Positions 15,573 through 20,000 of a stretch of DNA of 20,000 nt are shown here, piece by piece. The position numbers and the translations under genes are program-made. Location of the stretch: the sequence record SRR20825019_1337; one strand, 5' to 3'. Positions within the stretch are counted from its first letter, which is position 1. Each line of letters begins with the position of its first letter. The notes below the pieces were generated by a model that was not told the origin of the DNA, did no database searches, and saw only the letters and a list, made by a program, of their open reading frames with translations.

Positions 15573-17510
15573 ATGAAAAAAATTTTACTCCTGTCCACAT
15601 TGCTGATCTCAGCGATGACTTTTGGGCAATCACTTACCCCAATTGATGTATCAGTAACTTTACCCGTATCGAGTACTGGTTTAAACAAATTTACAAGCGG
15701 AAGCAGATCTACAACTTGTGGTCCCGATTCTTTGCAATACGGTTTAAATAAGGCTTCAGGACTTCAGGCACTTAATATCAACAACGCAACTTCGGCACAA
15801 GCGATTTCGCAATACTTTGACGCCCCGCAAGCCATTACAATTTCTGGAGTAACATTTTATGCCTATAAAATTGATGCTACAAACGGAATTACAATGAACG
15901 CAACAGTTCAGGTGTATGCCGCGGGACCAGATTCAATGCCAACAGGGCTTCCGTTGGCAACAACAACAGTATTGGTCGATACTACATTTGCACCAGGGAC
16001 ATTAGATGTGCTTCAAAAAAATGGAACGTTTGCGGTTCCAATTACTACATCGAATCCTTATGTTGTTATTATTTCGAATAACACAGCGACTCCAATGGGG
16101 ATGATTTTCTCGAGTTGGACAGCTGGAGATGGTGCTCAAGAATGGCTTCCGAGTGTAAATTTATTCGGTACTTGGACGCGACCTTACAATGTGAACATTG
16201 GTGGCGTTCCTTTTGATGCTGATGCTTTATTTGAGCCACATGTCACCTATAATTTGGCTTCCAATTTTACAATAAGTGATCCTTGTTTTAGCGGTGGAAA
16301 CTCACAGACCTTTACGAACACATCATCGCCAGTTTTATCAAATAGAATGTACAACTTGGCAACGTTTATTGCTCAACAAGGACTTTCACACACATGGGAT
16401 TATGGAGATTTGACTCCTCAAGAAAATGGAGCAACAGCAACACATACGTATGCCTCTGCTGCAGCGTACTCAGTTACTTTAACAGACACCATGTATGGTT
16501 GGACAAATATTTGTTCTTCCGATACTGTTATTTCTATCGGTGTTGGACCAAATTCAGCTTGGACAAGCACAACTAGCTTTTTAACTGCAAACTTTACAGA
16601 TCAAAGCTCATCGAGTGGAACAACAACTTACCTATGGGATTTTGGTGATGGAAATACTTCAACAACGCAAAATCCATCACATACATACGCAGCTGACGGA
16701 ACTTATACGGTTTGTTTGACGGTTTCGGACGCTTGTGGAGCTGACAGTTCATGTCAATCAATCACTGTTTCAGTAGCATGTGTGAACCCAGTTGCGGACT
16801 ATACCTTTACGGCGAATAACTTGGTCGTTGATTTTACAGATGTATCAACAACGACAGGGTCATCAGTAACTTGGGCTTGGGATTTTGGAGATGGAAATAC
16901 ATCGACAGTTCAAAATCCATCGCATACGTATGCAGCGGCAGGAACTTACACAGTATGTTTAGCTGTTGTTGATTCATGTGGAGCAAATACATCGTGTGAT
17001 CCAGTAAACGTTGTGTGTCCAGCTCCAACCGCATCATTTACTTCTGCAGGTACCGAGCCAACATTTACATTTACAAATACATCAACAACTTCTGGAATTA
17101 CAACGTATTCATGGGATTTTGGAGATGGAAATACTTCGGCTTCAGCGAGTCCTACGCACACGTATACTGCGAATGGAACTTATACTGTTATACTTGTTGT
17201 AACTGATGAATGTGGATCTAACACATTTACAGGAACCGTTACAGTTTCTGTAATTGGATTGAATGAATTAAACATTGCTTCAATGGTGATCTATCCAAAT
17301 CCTTCATCAGGACAATTTATGATCAGAAGTAATACAGAGATCGAGCGCTATTTGGTTACAGATTTAGCCGGAAAACAATTAACTGAAATGATCGTGAACA
17401 ATACTGAATCAAGCGCAAATCTTTCTGAATTTGCAAATGGTCAATACCTAGTGGTAGTTCACTTTGTAAATGGAGCTAAACGCTCTGTTCGAGTGGAAGT
17501 CATGAAATAA
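15573..17510 (+). CDS. Secreted PKD-repeat protein with a T9SS type-A sorting domain
   Basis: Signal peptide ending TFG-Q, an unknown ~200-aa beta-rich domain, four PKD domains (WDYGD and three WDFGDG..PSHTY..GTYTV) and a CTD IYPNPSSG..DLAGK..FANGQYLV..RVEVMK. Confidence 0.92.
   Translation: MKKILLLSTLLISAMTFGQSLTPIDVSVTLPVSSTGLNKFTSGSRSTTCGPDSLQYGLNKASGLQALNINNATSAQAISQYFDAPQAITISGVTFYAYKIDATNGITMNATVQVYAAGPDSMPTGLPLATTTVLVDTTFAPGTLDVLQKNGTFAVPITTSNPYVVIISNNTATPMGMIFSSWTAGDGAQEWLPSVNLFGTWTRPYNVNIGGVPFDADALFEPHVTYNLASNFTISDPCFSGGNSQTFTNTSSPVLSNRMYNLATFIAQQGLSHTWDYGDLTPQENGATATHTYASAAAYSVTLTDTMYGWTNICSSDTVISIGVGPNSAWTSTTSFLTANFTDQSSSSGTTTYLWDFGDGNTSTTQNPSHTYAADGTYTVCLTVSDACGADSSCQSITVSVACVNPVADYTFTANNLVVDFTDVSTTTGSSVTWAWDFGDGNTSTVQNPSHTYAAAGTYTVCLAVVDSCGANTSCDPVNVVCPAPTASFTSAGTEPTFTFTNTSTTSGITTYSWDFGDGNTSASASPTHTYTANGTYTVILVVTDECGSNTFTGTVTVSVIGLNELNIASMVIYPNPSSGQFMIRSNTEIERYLVTDLAGKQLTEMIVNNTESSANLSEFANGQYLVVVHFVNGAKRSVRVEVMK
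16395..17190 (+). repeat. Four intragenic PKD-coding tandem repeats
   Basis: TGGGAT(T/A)TGGWGAT-type cores at 16395, 16635, 16878 and 17112 (spacing 240, 243, 234 nt); copies 2-4 share TGGGATTTTGGWGATGGAAATACWTC. Confidence 0.85.
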
Positions 17511-17528
17511 TCAGGCAATCATTTTAAT

Positions 17529-17556
17529 AAAAGCTCTGCTCCGGCAGGGCTTTTTT
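17529..17556 (+). terminator. Intrinsic terminator
   Basis: AAAAGCTCTGC-tccg-GCAGGGCTTTT-TT, 18 nt after the stop. Confidence 0.88.
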
Positions 17557-17567
17557 CGTTTGTAAGA

Positions 17568-17596
17568 TTGTTTACGAAGGCTTTTTCCTATTTTTG
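17568..17596 (+). promoter_or_regulatory. Housekeeping promoter of proS
   Basis: TTG (17568-17570) - N18 - TATTTTTG (17589-17596). Confidence 0.65.
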
Positions 17597-17628
17597 TTCA
17601 CTGAATTATCAAAAGATAAAATAAGACA

Positions 17629-19104
17629 ATGGCGCAAAAGCATGTAACGCGAGAAGAAGATTATTCCAGATGGTATAACGAATTAGTAGGAAGAGCAGAT
17701 TTAGCTGAGCATTCTGATGTAAAAGGATGCATGGTAATTAAGCCCTACGGTTATGCAATTTGGGAGAAAATGAAAGAGGTATTGGATCAAAAGTTTAAAG
17801 AAACTGGTCACTCAAACGCTTATTTCCCGCTGTTTATTCCCAAATCTTACTTAAGTAAAGAGGCAGCCCATGTTGAAGGGTTTGCTAAGGAATGTGCTGT
17901 TGTAACTCACTACAGACTCATGAATGACCCAAATGGTGGGGGGATTATTGTTGACCCAACAGCGAAATTGGAAGAAGAATTAATCGTTCGTCCAACTTCG
18001 GAAACCATTATCTGGAACTCATATAAAAACTGGATTCAATCCTATCGCGATTTGCCTATTTTGATTAATCAATGGGCGAATGTCGTTCGATGGGAGATGA
18101 GAACGCGACTTTTCCTTCGTACTACTGAATTCTTGTGGCAAGAAGGTCATACTGCTCACGCAACAAAGCAAGAGGCAATTGAAGAGTCTGAACAAATGTT
18201 GCATGTATACGCTGATTTTGCTGAAGATTACATGGCGATGCCAGTAATTAAAGGGTTGAAATCGGAAAGCGAACGATTTGCAGGAGCTTTGGAAACCTAT
18301 TGTATCGAAGCAATGATGCAAGACGGAAAAGCACTTCAGGCAGGAACTTCGCACTTCTTAGGACAGAACTTTGCCAAAGCATTTGAAGTAAAATTCGCGG
18401 ACAAAGAAGGAAAACTAGAATATGTTTGGGCGACTTCTTGGGGGGTCTCAACGCGACTAATGGGTGCATTGATTATGACGCACTCTGATGACGAAGGATT
18501 GGTGTTGCCTCCAAAATTAGCTCCAATTCAAGTGGTAGGAGTTCCAATCTATAAATCTCAGGAAGAACTAGCGTCAATCTCGGCGTTAATGACCGAATTG
18601 GGAGCGAAGCTGAAATCAATGGGGATTTCGTTCAAGTATGACGATGATGACAATCGAAGACCAGGATGGAAATTCGCTGAATATGAAACGAAGGGAATTC
18701 CAGTGCGTTTAGCGATGGGGCCAAGAGATTTAGAGAATGGTAAGGTAGAAGTGACCCGTCGTGACGAGAAAACGAAAGAACTAGTCGATTTTGATGGTGT
18801 TGAAAGCTACATTAAAGACTTGTTAGATTCAATCCAAGCGAATTTATTGGAAAGATCATACCGATTCAGAGCAGAAAATACCAAAAAAGTAGATTCTTAC
18901 GAAGAATTCAAAATAGAACTTGAAAAAGAAGGTGGTTTCTTCCTGGCGCATTGGGATGGAACAAAAGAAACGGAAGAGAAGATTAAAAACGAAACCAAAG
19001 CAACAATTAGATGCATTCCTTTAGATAGAGAAGAAGAGGAAGGCGTTTGTATGGTTACGGGAAATAAATCCGCAGGACGTGTAGTTTTTGCTAAAGCATA
19101 TTAA
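17629..19104 (+). CDS. proS: Proline--tRNA ligase (archaeal/eukaryotic type, no INS editing domain)
   Basis: [69 protein letters not shown] and C-terminal FAKAY. Confidence 0.97.
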   Translation: MAQKHVTREEDYSRWYNELVGRADLAEHSDVKGCMVIKPYGYAIWEKMKEVLDQKFKETGHSNAYFPLFIPKSYLSKEAAHVEGFAKECAVVTHYRLMNDPNGGGIIVDPTAKLEEELIVRPTSETIIWNSYKNWIQSYRDLPILINQWANVVRWEMRTRLFLRTTEFLWQEGHTAHATKQEAIEESEQMLHVYADFAEDYMAMPVIKGLKSESERFAGALETYCIEAMMQDGKALQAGTSHFLGQNFAKAFEVKFADKEGKLEYVWATSWGVSTRLMGALIMTHSDDEGLVLPPKLAPIQVVGVPIYKSQEELASISALMTELGAKLKSMGISFKYDDDDNRRPGWKFAEYETKGIPVRLAMGPRDLENGKVEVTRRDEKTKELVDFDGVESYIKDLLDSIQANLLERSYRFRAENTKKVDSYEEFKIELEKEGGFFLAHWDGTKETEEKIKNETKATIRCIPLDREEEEGVCMVTGNKSAGRVVFAKAY

Positions 19105-19105
19105 T

Positions 19106-19786
19106 ATGGATAATTATAGGAACGGTATTATTGATTTACTCATAAATAAAGCTGCAGTTAAGCAAGATATTGCGGATTATTCTGAGAAAGTATTGGCTAA
19201 CCTAAAGGAAATCGTCAGTAACGAGCTATCCGAACTTCGAAAAGAAGTAAACGATAATAGAGTTCGCTTGAGAATGGAGGATAAGAGCACACATGAATTT
19301 AGAGTTTCTGTAGGAAGCGATGTGCTCGTATTTCAACTCCACAGAAATATTTTTAGACTTCCGGATGAGAATCCAATGTGGAAAACACCTTATTTAAGTG
19401 AAAATGGAGCTAATGGGTTCTTTGGAATCATTAATATCTACAATTTTTTAGCAGAATCATTCGAGCAAAACCGCCTAAATGACCCCGGATATCTTATCGG
19501 AAGAATTTTTATGAACCATGAAGAACATTTTATGGTGGAAGGAAAAGGTCAGCTCGGGTTCCTATTTAGAGATCTTCCCAATAGTCTTTTGAATGAAACA
19601 ATAATGCAGCATATTGTTCAAGTGTCAATGGCTCATGCAATTGATTTTGATTTAATTACGCCTCCTTATGAGTTAGTTCAGGAAGTATCGTTGATGCAGA
19701 TTCAAGCAATGAGTGCAAACTTACAAGTTGCGACAGGTAAACGACTGGGATTCAAGTTTAGCGCTGAGGACAAAGAAATTTTTTAG
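19106..19786 (+). CDS. Hypothetical cytoplasmic protein (226 aa)
   Basis: ATG lies 1 nt after the proS stop. Globular composition with conserved-looking blocks (GIINIYNFLAES, DPGYLIGRIFMN, HFMVEGKGQLG, TGKRLGF); function not recognised. Confidence 0.8.
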   Translation: MDNYRNGIIDLLINKAAVKQDIADYSEKVLANLKEIVSNELSELRKEVNDNRVRLRMEDKSTHEFRVSVGSDVLVFQLHRNIFRLPDENPMWKTPYLSENGANGFFGIINIYNFLAESFEQNRLNDPGYLIGRIFMNHEEHFMVEGKGQLGFLFRDLPNSLLNETIMQHIVQVSMAHAIDFDLITPPYELVQEVSLMQIQAMSANLQVATGKRLGFKFSAEDKEIF

Positions 19787-19806
19787 AAAAAAAATCAAAA
19801 ACTTCA

Positions 19807-19836
19807 TTGTGATTAAAGAATTTCACTTTATATTTG
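19807..19836 (+). promoter_or_regulatory. Promoter of the tRNA operon
   Basis: TTG (19807-19809) - N19 - TATATTTG (19829-19836), followed by CA. Confidence 0.78.
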
Positions 19837-19867
19837 CACTCCGAAAATAACAAAGGAACTTATTTTT

Positions 19868-19939
19868 GGCCCATTCGTCTAACGGTTAGGACATGCGGTT
19901 TTCATCCGTAAAATAGGAGTTCGATTCTCCTATGGGCTA
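19868..19939 (+). tRNA. tRNA-Glu (anticodon TTC), CCA not encoded
   Basis: Acceptor GGCCCAT/ATGGGCT, D arm GTCT..GGAC, anticodon arm TGCGG-TTTTCAT-CCGTA, T arm AGGAG-TTCGATT-CTCCT, discriminator A. Confidence 0.95.
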
Positions 19940-19954
19940 CAAAACATTATATTA

Positions 19955-20000
19955 GGCCCATTCGTCTAGTGGTTAGGACGCCAGGTTTTCATCCTGGTAA
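19955..20000 (+). tRNA. tRNA-Glu (TTC), second copy, truncated by the window end
   Basis: GGCCCATTCGTCTAGTGGTTAGGACG followed by the anticodon arm CCAGG-TTTTCAT-CCTGG. Confidence 0.9.

Noticed and set aside
16394..17206. Periodic DNA repeats as a possible CRISPR array or DGR, and small overlapping ORFs
   Set aside because: The 234-243 nt in-frame period and synonymous variation are explained by PKD domains; no cas or reverse transcriptase gene is present.
17511..17628. T-box or attenuator upstream of proS
   Set aside because: The predicted leader is only about 25 nt, and the hairpin is explained as the terminator of the upstream gene.
18019..18469. Minus-strand ORFs within proS
   Set aside because: Antisense shadows of a conserved housekeeping gene.
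19787..20000. Genomic island or att site at the tRNA genes
   Set aside because: No integrase or duplicated tRNA 3' end in the window; downstream sequence is not available.

Overview
AT-rich chromosomal window from a Bacteroidota bacterium, probably Flavobacteriales. The assignment is inferred from T9SS C-terminal domains, TTG-N18-20-TAnnTTTG promoters, A-rich leaders without Shine-Dalgarno and an archaeal/eukaryotic-type ProRS. In order it holds: the 3' end of a T9SS cargo gene; a minus-strand arsR / SRPBCC-VOC fusion / doxX-like operon with a tandem operator over its promoter; a GH92 lipoprotein; a PD40 beta-propeller protein; an MmcQ/YjbR protein; a DUF1573 lipoprotein; an S41 C-terminal protease divergent from an NlpC/P60 hydrolase; a small membrane protein; clpB divergent from a GH73-LysM hydrolase; an uncharacterised 510-aa helical/TPR-like protein; a PKD-repeat T9SS protein; proS; a hypothetical gene; and two non-identical tRNA-Glu(TTC) genes, the second truncated. 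No mobile element, CRISPR array or recognisable defence system was seen. The best leads are (i) the 510-aa protein as a candidate regulator next to a T9SS cargo, (ii) the S41 + lipoprotein / NlpC-P60 arrangement, which resembles Prc-NlpI-MepS, (iii) the ArsR operon and its operator, and (iv) the motif-dense clpB/GH73 intergenic region. All family calls come from visual motif recognition and were not checked by database search.
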